Origin: Caedimonas varicaedens
Lineage (GTDB): Bacteria; Pseudomonadota; Alphaproteobacteria; Caedimonadales; Caedimonadaceae
Assembly: GCA_001192655.1 (NCBI GenBank)
Contig: BBVC01000084.1
Coordinates: 1-7,666, forward strand
Direction of reading: 5' to 3'
Length of the DNA: 7,666 bases
Of this stretch, positions 1 to 7,375 are shown in pieces. Below the pieces are notes generated by a model, which saw only the letters and a list, made by a program, of their open reading frames with translations, did no database searches and was not told where the DNA came from. Position numbers and translations under genes: made by a program. The first letter of the stretch is position 1. Each line of letters opens with the position of its first letter.

Positions 1-7
1 AACCATT

Positions 8-145
8 TTAAAGGTTTTTAGCTATATCTTCATATTCAAAAAGAGGAGCAGTCACCCTGATTTCTTCGTCGTCATCATGAGATATTTCAGTTGCCTGAAG
101 AGAAAGAGAACATAAAACAGAAATGAAGAAAAGAAGTCGATTCAT
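8..145 (-). CDS. hypothetical small secreted peptide, 45 aa (below the length cut-off of the supplied ORF track)
   Basis: Hand translation of the minus strand: ATG at 145-143, TAA at 10-8, giving MNRLLFFISVLCSLSLQATEISHDDDEEIRVTAPLFEYEDIAKNL. A GAGGA Shine-Dalgarno-like motif (complement of 157-153) lies 7 nt before the ATG. The N-terminus looks like a Sec signal peptide: Arg3, hydrophobic core LLFFISVLCSLSL, and a possible LQA cleavage site. The predicted mature part is short and very acidic. No homology can be asserted. Confidence 0.35.
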   Translation of the reverse strand: MNRLLFFISVLCSLSLQATEISHDDDEEIRVTAPLFEYEDIAKNL

Positions 146-199
146 TATATTTTCCTCATGTACTGCATGTAAAAATTTGAGTTAGCTTGATTGATCAAA

Positions 200-2623
200 T
201 TAATGTCTTTGAATATCATCTTCTTCTGTGGACTGAGAGGATTGTAGGGGATCATTGGCTGGTGGATTCCAAACAATAGGTTTAGGGACACGAACAAGCG
301 CATGCCCCATCGCTTCATCCACTGTCTTGACGGGAATAATTTCAAGCCCTTCCTTCACATTTTCCGGAATTTCAGGAAGATCTTTTGCATTATCATAAGG
401 AATCAAAACTTTTTTAATTCCACCACGATGCGCTGCCAACAACTTTTCCTTAAGACCCCCAATAGCAAGAACTCGGCCGCGCAAGGTAATTTCACCTGTC
501 ATGGCAACATCACGGCGTACAGGAATGCCTGTCAGTACAGAAAGAATCGATGTACACATGGCTACCCCCGCAGAAGGACCATCCTTGGGAATCGCACCTT
601 CCGGAACGTGAACGTGAATATCTGTTTTTTCAAAAATCGGTGGTTGAATGCCAAAGTGGGCAGCACGAGAACGCACAAAGCTGGCAGCTGCCTGGACCGA
701 TTCTTGCATCACCTCGCCCAACTTGCCTGTAATAGTCATTTTTCCTTTTCCAGGCAACATAACTGCTTCAATTATCAAAAGATCTCCCCCAAACTCAGTC
801 CATGCCAGACCGGTGGTCATTCCAACCAGATCTTCTTCCTCAGAGACTCCGTAATGGAAACGGGTGACGCCCAGAAATTCACCTAAGTTCTGTTCTGTTA
901 CGCGAATGACTTCAACTTTATTCGTCATAATTTCTTTTGTTGCTTTGCGTAAAAGCTTGGCAATCTCACGTTCAAGGCTACGGACACCCGCTTCGCGGGT
1001 ATACAGGCGTATAATCTGACGCAAGGATGCTTCATCGATCGACCATTCTTTTTCCTTCAGTCCGTGTGCCTTAAGCTCTTTAGGGATAAGATGACGACGA
1101 GCAATTTCAATTTTCTCGTCTTCCGTATATCCGGAAACATGAATAATCTCCAGACGATCTTGTAACGGCTGTGGCATCTGCAGGCTATTAGCCGTCGTGA
1201 CAAACAAAACATCGGAAAGATCATAATCCAATTCCAGATAATGATCATTGAAAGTATTGTTCTGTTCGGGATCCAGTACTTCCAGCAGGGCAGAGGAAGG
1301 ATCTCCTCGCCAATCTGAACCCAGCTTGTCAATTTCATCCAGCAGAAAGAGAGGGTTAGATGAACCTGCTTTCTTCATCCCTTGAATAACTTTTCCTGGC
1401 ATTGATCCTATATAGGTGCGGCGATGACCCCGAATTTCGGCCTCATCTCGTACGCCACCCAGCGACATTCGAACGAAATCACGACCCGTCGCGCGCGCAA
1501 TGGAGCGACCCAGGGAAGTTTTGCCAACACCTGGCGGACCGACAAGACAGAGGATAGGCCCCTTGATTTTTCCTACCCGACTTTGAACGGCCAAATATTC
1601 TAAGATACGTTCTTTTACTTTTTCAAGCCCATAGTGTTCTTCGTTTAGAATTTTCTCCGCTTGGATCAAATCTTTTTTGATCTTGCTATATTTTTTCCAG
1701 GGGATACTTAAGAGCCAGTCAAGATAATTACGTACAACCGTTGCTTCAGCTGACATCGGACTCATCGTGCGAAGCTTTTTAATCTCGGACATCGCTTTGG
1801 TCTGCGCTTCTTTGGAAAGCTTTGTTTTTTTGATACGTCGCTCAAGTTCACTGATCTCATCGCGTCCGTCTTCAGTTTCGCCTAATTCTTTTTGAATAGC
1901 TTTCATTTGCTCATTCAAATAGTATTCGCGCTGAGATTTTTCCATCTGGCGTTTGACGCGATTACGAATACGTTTTTCAGCTTGTAAAACACTGATCTCG
2001 GCTTCCATAAAATTACAGATTTTTTCCAGTTGCTCGCTAAAATCCAAAGCTTCAAGGATCTTCTGCTTTTCAGAGACTTTAAGCGTTAAATGAGAGGCGA
2101 TGGTATCTACCAATTTTTCAGGTTGATCGATTTTGGAAATAGAAACTAGGACATCCGGTGGAATTTTGTTGTTGAGCTTAATATATTGATCAAAGAAAGA
2201 TAAAGCTGTGCGGATGAGGGCTTCATTTTCAGCTCCCTGGGGAGTAGAAGTTTCAATCGGTTCAACATAGGCCTGAAAGAAATGATCCGTTTCTGTAAAT
2301 CTTAGCACCCGGGCACGTTGCGTCCCTTCTACCAATACCTTGACAGTCCCATCCGGCAGTTTCAATAACTGCAAAATATGTCCAATCGTTCCTATAGAAA
2401 ATAAATCACGAGGAGCTGGATCGTCTTTGGACGCATCCTTTTGAGTCAGTAGTAAAACTCTCTGATCTTGCTTGATAACAGATTCCAGAGCGCTGACTGA
2501 CTTTTCCCGTCCCACAAATAAGGGGACAATCATATGGGGGAACACAACAATGTCCCTTAATGGCAAAATTGGCAGTAAGGCCCCTTGGGGAACTTCAAGA
2601 CGAATGTCTTTCTTCAATGGCAT
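200..2623 (-). CDS. lon: ATP-dependent Lon protease (LonA type)
   Basis: 807-aa ORF. N-terminal Lon substrate-binding domain ([26 protein letters not shown]). AAA+ Walker A GPPGVGKT and Walker [11 protein letters not shown]-terminal protease domain with the catalytic Ser motif PKDGPSAG and the Lys-containing [10 protein letters not shown]. An in-frame TGA 6 codons upstream leaves ATG 2623 as the only plausible start. Sits directly after clpX, as in the canonical operon. Confidence 0.97.
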   Translation of the reverse strand: MPLKKDIRLEVPQGALLPILPLRDIVVFPHMIVPLFVGREKSVSALESVIKQDQRVLLLTQKDASKDDPAPRDLFSIGTIGHILQLLKLPDGTVKVLVEGTQRARVLRFTETDHFFQAYVEPIETSTPQGAENEALIRTALSFFDQYIKLNNKIPPDVLVSISKIDQPEKLVDTIASHLTLKVSEKQKILEALDFSEQLEKICNFMEAEISVLQAEKRIRNRVKRQMEKSQREYYLNEQMKAIQKELGETEDGRDEISELERRIKKTKLSKEAQTKAMSEIKKLRTMSPMSAEATVVRNYLDWLLSIPWKKYSKIKKDLIQAEKILNEEHYGLEKVKERILEYLAVQSRVGKIKGPILCLVGPPGVGKTSLGRSIARATGRDFVRMSLGGVRDEAEIRGHRRTYIGSMPGKVIQGMKKAGSSNPLFLLDEIDKLGSDWRGDPSSALLEVLDPEQNNTFNDHYLELDYDLSDVLFVTTANSLQMPQPLQDRLEIIHVSGYTEDEKIEIARRHLIPKELKAHGLKEKEWSIDEASLRQIIRLYTREAGVRSLEREIAKLLRKATKEIMTNKVEVIRVTEQNLGEFLGVTRFHYGVSEEEDLVGMTTGLAWTEFGGDLLIIEAVMLPGKGKMTITGKLGEVMQESVQAAASFVRSRAAHFGIQPPIFEKTDIHVHVPEGAIPKDGPSAGVAMCTSILSVLTGIPVRRDVAMTGEITLRGRVLAIGGLKEKLLAAHRGGIKKVLIPYDNAKDLPEIPENVKEGLEIIPVKTVDEAMGHALVRVPKPIVWNPPANDPLQSSQSTEEDDIQRH

Positions 2624-2665
2624 ATCCTCATTTGGAAAATCATAATAACCCCAGTTAAAATCAGA

Positions 2666-3931
2666 TCAACCTTGATTTGATTTTAGCTCAGATTTTTTGC
2701 TATAGGTTAACAAAGGTTGCGCGCGACCCTCAACAACGTCCCGATTTATAACGACCTCTTCAATGCCAGTACTCCCTGGAAGTTCATACATGGTTTCAAG
2801 CAAAATATCCTCCATAATGGAACGCAAGCCCCTGGCACCAGTGTTACGAGTAATTGCCCGTTGTGCTATAGCCAATAACGCATCTTCTGTAAAGGTTAGC
2901 TTTACTTCTTCCATCTCAAACAATTTTTGATATTGTTTTACAATCGCATTTTTGGGTTGTTGCAGAATTTGAATCAAGGCAGGCTCATCCAAATCTTCTA
3001 ACGTCGCCACAACAGGCAAACGCCCAACAAATTCTGGAATAAGACCATATTTTAAAAGATCTTCTGGTTCTACATCTTTCAGAAGGTCTCCTGTTCTGCG
3101 GTCTTCTGGTGATTTTACATCAGCCCCAAACCCAATAGATGATCCTTTACCGCGAGCGCTAATAATCTTTTCAAGTCCCGCAAACGCCCCTCCACAAACA
3201 AAAAGAATATTTGTCGTATCAACTTGCAAAAATTCCTGTTGAGGATGCTTTCGACCTCCTTGAGGGGGAACAGAAGCAATCGTTCCTTCCATGATTTTTA
3301 ATAACGCTTGCTGAACGCCCTCTCCTGACACGTCCCGCGTAATCGATGGATTGTCAGATTTACGAGAAATTTTATCTACTTCATCAATATAGACGATGCC
3401 ACGCTGAGCTTTTTCAACGTTATATTCTGCAGATTGCAAAAGTTTAAGGATGATATTTTCAACATCTTCACCAACGTAACCTGCTTCGGTCAGTGTTGTG
3501 GCGTCGGCGATTGTAAAAGGAACGTCAAGAATACGCGCTAATGTTTGGGCTAACAGGGTTTTACCGCAACCCGTAGGGCCAATCAACAGAATATTGGATT
3601 TTGCAAGCTCAACATCCGCAGTCTTAGAAAAAGTATCAATTCGCTTGTAATGATTGTACACAGCAACCGCTAGAACACGTTTTGCATGAACTTGTCCAAT
3701 GACATAATCATCTAAAACCTTACAGATAGTCTTCGGAGAAGGGACCCCTTTTTCAGAAATGGGCAAAGCTCCCTTATTTTCTTCTTGAATAATTTCGATA
3801 CAAAGGTCGACACATTCATCGCAGATAAAAACACTGGGACCTGCAATAAGTTTGCGAACTTCATGCTGACTTTTCCCACAAAAGGAACAATGAAGGATTT
3901 CTTTCGTCTGTTCGTCTGATGATTTAGTCAT
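2666..3931 (-). CDS. clpX: ATP-dependent Clp protease ATP-binding subunit ClpX
   Basis: 421-aa ORF. N-terminal C4 zinc-binding domain (CSFCGK...CDEC). Walker A GPTGCGKT and Walker [13 protein letters not shown]-type ClpP-docking loop (SSIGFGA). Sensor-2 region GARGLRS. Position between clpP and lon. Confidence 0.97.
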   Translation of the reverse strand: MTKSSDEQTKEILHCSFCGKSQHEVRKLIAGPSVFICDECVDLCIEIIQEENKGALPISEKGVPSPKTICKVLDDYVIGQVHAKRVLAVAVYNHYKRIDTFSKTADVELAKSNILLIGPTGCGKTLLAQTLARILDVPFTIADATTLTEAGYVGEDVENIILKLLQSAEYNVEKAQRGIVYIDEVDKISRKSDNPSITRDVSGEGVQQALLKIMEGTIASVPPQGGRKHPQQEFLQVDTTNILFVCGGAFAGLEKIISARGKGSSIGFGADVKSPEDRRTGDLLKDVEPEDLLKYGLIPEFVGRLPVVATLEDLDEPALIQILQQPKNAIVKQYQKLFEMEEVKLTFTEDALLAIAQRAITRNTGARGLRSIMEDILLETMYELPGSTGIEEVVINRDVVEGRAQPLLTYSKKSELKSNQG

Positions 3932-4088
3932 ATTTTAGCCACTTTAAATCATTGTTTTTAAGAGAACGCTCATTAATGTATAACAAAATTAAATTTCTTG
4001 TCTTGTCTCTTTTTCAGGAACCATATTCTCAGGATGCCTAAAAACCCTATAAAAAAACGTTAACAACTAAAATAATTTTAGCTAATTT

Positions 4089-4733
4089 TTATTTTTTCAC
4101 GTCAGTTGTCCCTGGGCGGACATTAATAATCTCATCTACAAGCCCAAAATCCTTTGCCTCTTCTGCCGACATAAAATTATCACGCTCTACAGATTCTTCA
4201 ATGACTTTCAAGGGTTTTCCCGTCCTCTCAGCTAAAATTGCATTTAAACGAGCACGTGTTTTTAAAATTTCTCTTGCAGCAATTTCAATATCTGTCGCCT
4301 GTCCTCGAGCCCCCCCATGTGGCTGGTGAATCATTATGCGTGCATTGGGAAGGGCATAACGTTTCCCCTTAATACCTGCACATAAGAGTAAAGATCCCAT
4401 AGAGGCAGCCTGCCCCATGACAATTGTGGAAACATCACATCGAATGTAATGCATCGTATCAAAAATAGCGAAACCAGAAGTGACAACGCCACCGGGTGAA
4501 TTAATATAAAAAGAAATATCTTTCTTTGGATTTTCAGATTCCAAAAAGAGAAATTGCGCGCAAATCAAATTTGCAACATCATCGTTGACCTCGCCGGTCA
4601 AAAAAACGATGCGTTCTTTAAGAAGTCTTGAAAAAATATCAAAAGATCTTTCTCCGCGTGCGGTTTGCTCAATAACCATTGGAATGAGCGTATTCTGAAA
4701 TTGGTCTTTTGCATCAATCATGGTTTTCTCCAT
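4089..4733 (-). CDS. clpP: ATP-dependent Clp protease proteolytic subunit ClpP (peptidase S14)
   Basis: 214-aa ORF with the conserved [29 protein letters not shown]-terminal region. Catalytic Ser context [11 protein letters not shown], His context RIMIHQP, and Asp in the VERDNFMSA segment. The start is ambiguous. A second in-frame ATG at 4721 is preceded by GGAG (4731-4728) with a 6-nt spacer, whereas ATG 4733 has no obvious SD. The real start may therefore be 4721 (210 aa). Confidence 0.95.
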   Translation of the reverse strand: MEKTMIDAKDQFQNTLIPMVIEQTARGERSFDIFSRLLKERIVFLTGEVNDDVANLICAQFLFLESENPKKDISFYINSPGGVVTSGFAIFDTMHYIRCDVSTIVMGQAASMGSLLLCAGIKGKRYALPNARIMIHQPHGGARGQATDIEIAAREILKTRARLNAILAERTGKPLKVIEESVERDNFMSAEEAKDFGLVDEIINVRPGTTDVKK

Positions 4734-4813
4734 TTATTATTTCTTGTGCGTATTACCGTTCAATGAGGTTATTTCCCTCTTCTAACCTTTAAAATCCTTT
4801 GAGCGTATCCTAT

Positions 4814-6169
4814 TTATGAGTGTTCATCTTCTTGGGTAATGGCGTCAACAGATTTTTTAAGTTCAGCAAAAGAAACCTGTTTTTCATTGATTGTTGCTTT
4901 TTGAAGAATGAGCTCGATAACTTTATCTTCAAATATAGGCGCTCTCAGAGCTGCCTGAGCCTGGGTATTAGAGCGATAGTAATCAAGGACTTTCTGTTCC
5001 ATGCCTGGATATTTCCTGACTTCCTGAGTTATGGCTTTTTCCAATTCCTTTTGTGACACCGTCACATGATGCTCACGACCAATTTCAGCCAGCAACAAAC
5101 CTAGAAGAACACGGCGCTCAGCAATTTTCTGATATTGTTTTTTCAGCTTTGTTTCATCTTTTTCAGACTCTTTTTTATCTTTTGTCTTAGGAGAAGATTG
5201 AGCCATTTCTTTTTGAAGTTGTTCCCAGATAGACTTAAACTCAAGCTCTACCAGTCCTTGCGGGATATCAAATTTGAAACTTTCTGCAAATTTATCCAAA
5301 ATTTTGCGTTTTGCGTCCAGTAAGGACATATAGCTGTGTTCTTCTGAAAGTTGATCTGAAATAGCTTTTTTAAGCTCTTCAATAGAAGATTTTCCAAATT
5401 TTTCTGCAAATTCCTTAGTAAGTTCAGGAAGAACTTTTTCTTTTACATTTTTTATTTCGATAGAAAAATGTGTCTTCTTTCCCGCAAGATCCTTGGCCTG
5501 ATAATCAGCAGGGAAATCAATATCAAATTCCTTTTTATCTCCGGCTTTCAATCCAATAAGTTGATCTTCGAAACCAGGAATAAAGGTATTTGATCCTAAT
5601 TCCAGATCCATCCCATCAGAAGCGCCCCCTGGAATGGGTTTTCCTGCGATTGTTCCGTTAAATGCCAAGTGAACAGCATGTCCTTTTTTCGCCTTGGTTT
5701 TTTCATCGACCAGTTTGAATTCTGTATGATTCTTCCTGAGTCTTTCCAAAGCTTCTTCTACTTCCTTGTCATCGACCTTACAAACGCAATGATCAAATTT
5801 AAATTTAGAAAGATCAACTTTCTCAATATCTGGCAAAAGCTCTATGATAACTTTAGATTCAAGTGCCTTGCCTTCTTCGTAGTCTTTTGTGTCTACTTTA
5901 GGCTGAAGAGCAACCCGCAGTTTATGTTTATCGATAATATGACGCGTTCCTTCTTGCAGAACGTGCTCTAAAACTTCCGTTTTGACACGTGACGCATAAC
6001 GTTGCTTAAGGATTGGCATGGGAATCTTTCCCGAACGAAAGCCATCAACCTTCACAGAGAGGCTTAGTTTCTCTAATCGCTCTTCCAGTTTTTTTTCAAT
6101 TTCTTGAGAGGGGATAACCAGATTAAATTCCCGTATTAACCCTTCGGACTTTGTTTGTGTGATATCCAT
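4814..6169 (-). CDS. tig: trigger factor (ribosome-associated chaperone / FKBP-type PPIase)
   Basis: 451-aa ORF. N-terminal ribosome-binding signature GFRSGKIP (GFRxGxxP). Central FKBP-like PPIase segment (NTFIPGFEDQLIGLKAGD). Lys/Glu-rich helical C-terminal domain. Canonical position immediately upstream of clpP. Confidence 0.95.
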   Translation of the reverse strand: MDITQTKSEGLIREFNLVIPSQEIEKKLEERLEKLSLSVKVDGFRSGKIPMPILKQRYASRVKTEVLEHVLQEGTRHIIDKHKLRVALQPKVDTKDYEEGKALESKVIIELLPDIEKVDLSKFKFDHCVCKVDDKEVEEALERLRKNHTEFKLVDEKTKAKKGHAVHLAFNGTIAGKPIPGGASDGMDLELGSNTFIPGFEDQLIGLKAGDKKEFDIDFPADYQAKDLAGKKTHFSIEIKNVKEKVLPELTKEFAEKFGKSSIEELKKAISDQLSEEHSYMSLLDAKRKILDKFAESFKFDIPQGLVELEFKSIWEQLQKEMAQSSPKTKDKKESEKDETKLKKQYQKIAERRVLLGLLLAEIGREHHVTVSQKELEKAITQEVRKYPGMEQKVLDYYRSNTQAQAALRAPIFEDKVIELILQKATINEKQVSFAELKKSVDAITQEDEHS

Positions 6170-6213
6170 AAATCTGCGCCTAAAATTATAACGTTAATCA
6201 CTTTACACATGTA

Positions 6214-6298
6214 TGGTGCGGGCGGAGGGACTTGAACCCCCATGACTCGCGTCGCCAGAACCTAAATCTGGTGTGTCTGCCAATTCCACCACGCCCGC
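6214..6298 (-). tRNA. tRNA-Leu, anticodon TAG (UAG), class II with long variable arm, CCA encoded
   Basis: The reverse complement reads GCGGGCGTGGTGGAATTGGCAGACACACCAGATTTAGGTTCTGGCGACGCGAGTCATGGGGGTTCAAGTCCCTCCGCCCGCACCA (85 nt). The 7-bp acceptor stem GCGGGCG/CGCCCGC is perfect. The anticodon arm is CCAGA-TTTAGGT-TCTGG, with TAG in the anticodon position. A roughly 14-nt variable arm is typical of Leu. The T arm has the canonical TTCAAGT loop, and the 3' end is ACCA. Confidence 0.9.
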
Positions 6299-6516
6299 TC
6301 CCCCCACAGCTTTTCTGAAACAGATCGCTGAAGTGTAGTCACTTAATTCTGAATAAATCGTAAAGCGACTTTCTTGTTGATAGCCTTGATTTATCCAAAT
6401 TGCAATGGTTTCAGGTAGAATTTTGACATTTTTGTATTTTTTCTTATTGATTCAAAAGCTCCCTTTTTGATGTTGAGGGATCATCTTTATTTGCAAGGGC
6501 TTTCTTCCAGATGATA

Positions 6517-6545
6517 TTGTCAATCCGGGTCTTTTTTTATAGAAT
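6517..6545 (+). promoter_or_regulatory. candidate sigma70-type promoter for the plus-strand cassette (TTGTCA-N17-TAGAAT)
   Basis: TTGTCA at 6517-6522 (5/6 match to TTGACA), an exact 17-nt spacer, and TAGAAT at 6540-6545 (5/6 match to TATAAT). It lies about 38 nt upstream of the ATG at 6583. This is a sequence match only, and AT-rich DNA produces such matches easily. Confidence 0.3.
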
Positions 6546-6582
6546 TTTATATTCAGCAGATTTCAATATAGAATAAATTGGT

Positions 6583-7152
6583 ATGAATACACTGACAAAA
6601 AAAATTGATGAAATAATTCAGGAAACAGAGAGAATTTGGGAACGGAACCCCTTCGCCGGGACTTTCAGGGAAATTCCTTATGATCGTGAATTATACGGTA
6701 TTGCCAGCGGCGTAAAATGCACTCCACCAATAACCTTGAGTTCTGTTTTGGATAAGCTATTCCTTCTTGCTGCAGAAGACCATGAATTAGAGATTACCCT
6801 TCCCAATCACTTTCACTTCACTTTTCTGGCGCTTTCTTTTCCTCAATGGGAAAAGCTCGCTGATCTTCCGGTTGAACATAAAGAACTGCTTTTTCTTTCT
6901 GGAAAAATCCTGCATCGAGTTAATTGGAAATTATACCATTTAAGGCTTGTTGCGCTGAATAATACCCTTCTTCTTGTGGGAACGCCGGATGAGACCTCAG
7001 ACCTTTTGAGAAACGCGTATGCCCATTCGATTCTGGTTTCGGGTTGGAGAAAACATCTTGTTGCGCGTTATAGGGGGCTATCAACCCCGCCTTTGCTTTG
7101 GCACAGTACGTTGGCAAGAGCATTAACAGAAGCAAAGTTCAACGATTGTTAA
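6583..7152 (+). CDS. hypothetical protein, 189 aa; possible divergent 2H-phosphoesterase (LigT / cyclic phosphodiesterase-like) fold
   Basis: Only long ORF in this stretch. ATG 6583 is the only Met in the protein and a TAA lies 3 codons upstream. Two His-x-Thr-x motifs sit in hydrophobic strand-like contexts: H78-F-T80-F in ITLPNHFHFTFLAL, and H174-S-T176-L in PPLLWHSTLARAL. These resemble the LHLTLAFLG and PHITL(A/L)R motifs of LigT/ThpR-type 2H enzymes. Caveats: only 13 residues follow the second motif (known members have about 40-60), the 96-residue motif spacing is longer than usual, and the SD is weak. Confidence 0.6.
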   Translation: MNTLTKKIDEIIQETERIWERNPFAGTFREIPYDRELYGIASGVKCTPPITLSSVLDKLFLLAAEDHELEITLPNHFHFTFLALSFPQWEKLADLPVEHKELLFLSGKILHRVNWKLYHLRLVALNNTLLLVGTPDETSDLLRNAYAHSILVSGWRKHLVARYRGLSTPPLLWHSTLARALTEAKFNDC

Positions 7153-7192
7153 AAAAATTACAATTAAAGGGGCAATTTGCAGGAGTTACAGA

Positions 7193-7375
7193 ATGCTAAA
7201 AATCTATTGTTATTTTGCTCTCGAAGAGGGATGGCTCACTGGTTCACTCTCTAGTCATGAACCAGTGAACCACTTAGGTTCAAAACCTTATCCAGCAAGG
7301 GCTAGAGGGTGGTTCACAGAATGCATCAGTGAACCACTCAGTGATCCAGTAACAAAAATGGAGATCATGCAATGA
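7193..7375 (+). CDS. doubtful small ORF, 60 aa, overlapping the repeat array
   Basis: For: AGGAG at 7181-7185 lies 7 nt before ATG 7193, and its TGA stop overlaps the next ORF's ATG (ATGA at 7372-7375). Against: most of its length consists of 8-nt DNA repeats that fall in different codon phases, and the composition is atypical (W/C/P-rich, no recognisable fold). This may be a non-coding leader instead. Confidence 0.25.
   Translation: MLKIYCYFALEEGWLTGSLSSHEPVNHLGSKPYPARARGWFTECISEPLSDPVTKMEIMQ
7232..7272. repeat. inverted repeat 1: two tandem 8-mers on each arm (TGGCTCAC TGGTTCAC - 9 nt - ATGAACCA GTGAACCA)
   Basis: Base-by-base pairing of 7232-7246 with 7272-7258 gives 14 of 15 pairs, of which 11 are contiguous (7236-7246 with 7258-7268). 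The single C/A mismatch is at 7235/7269. The loop is 11 nt (7247-7257). Confidence 0.85.
7307..7350. repeat. inverted repeat 2 (GTGGTTCAC-N11-GTGAACCAC) followed by tandem 12-mers CAGTGAACCACT / CAGTGATCCAGT
   Basis: 7309-7317 is perfectly complementary to 7329-7337 (9 bp), extendable by G/T and G/C at 7308/7338 and 7307/7339. The spacer contains the ATGCAT palindrome. The 12-mer 7327-7338 is an exact copy of 7263-7274, and 7339-7350 is a 10/12 tandem copy. Confidence 0.85.

Noticed and set aside
302-886. 194-aa plus-strand ORF, together with the 550-732, 648-854, 145-345(-) and 1057-1338(-) ORFs from the track
   Set aside because: All lie entirely inside, or out of frame with, the strongly supported lon CDS. 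Their sequences are low-complexity or odd in composition, typical of shadow ORFs, and have no RBS or motif support.
4766-4788. 6-bp hairpin (AGGTTA/TAACCT, 11-nt loop) between tig and clpP
   Set aside because: The stem is short and, in the transcribed (minus) orientation, no U-tract follows it. This is not convincing as a terminator or attenuator.
4820-5971. Plus-strand ORFs 4820-5056, 5135-5323 and 5669-5971, antisense to tig
   Set aside because: These are Phe/Leu-rich translations of the antisense of a Lys/Glu-rich gene (AAA/GAA read as TTT/TTC). This is a classic shadow-frame artefact.
6391-6399. TTATCCAAA, an 8/9 match to the DnaA box TTATCCACA
   Set aside because: It is a single isolated box in AT-rich intergenic DNA with no cluster and no AT-rich unwinding repeats. 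That is consistent with chance.
6405-6470. 21-aa hydrophobic mini-ORF (MVSGRILTFLYFFLLIQKLPF) in the divergent intergenic region, superficially like a type I toxin
   Set aside because: It has no SD and lies upstream of the best promoter candidate. T-rich DNA trivially encodes Phe/Leu-rich peptides.
6527-6538. GGGTC followed by a T7 run, resembling a terminator tail
   Set aside because: No complementary stem precedes the T-run, and the run lies in the spacer of the candidate promoter.
7232-7350. CRISPR array, or alphaproteobacterial LexA SOS box (GTTC-N7-GTTC / GAAC-N7-GAAC)
   Set aside because: The repeat units are only 8-12 nt, are in mixed orientation, and have no regular spacers, so this is not CRISPR. 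The GAAC/GTTC cores recur with 8- and 12-nt periods rather than the 11-nt period of the SOS box.
7127-7375. Possible frameshift fusion. Frame +2 is open from 7127 through the 60-aa ORF, and an A7 run sits at 7151-7157. A shift near the end of the 189-aa ORF could therefore add the C-terminal extension that a canonical 2H enzyme would have.
   Set aside because: The A-run starts within the TAA stop, so slippage there cannot bypass it. The 23-nt overlap (7127-7149) contains no X-XXY-YYZ-type slippery site. The would-be extension is built from phase-shifted DNA repeats rather than a recognisable 2H C-terminal segment. It is worth checking against read data only for an assembly indel.
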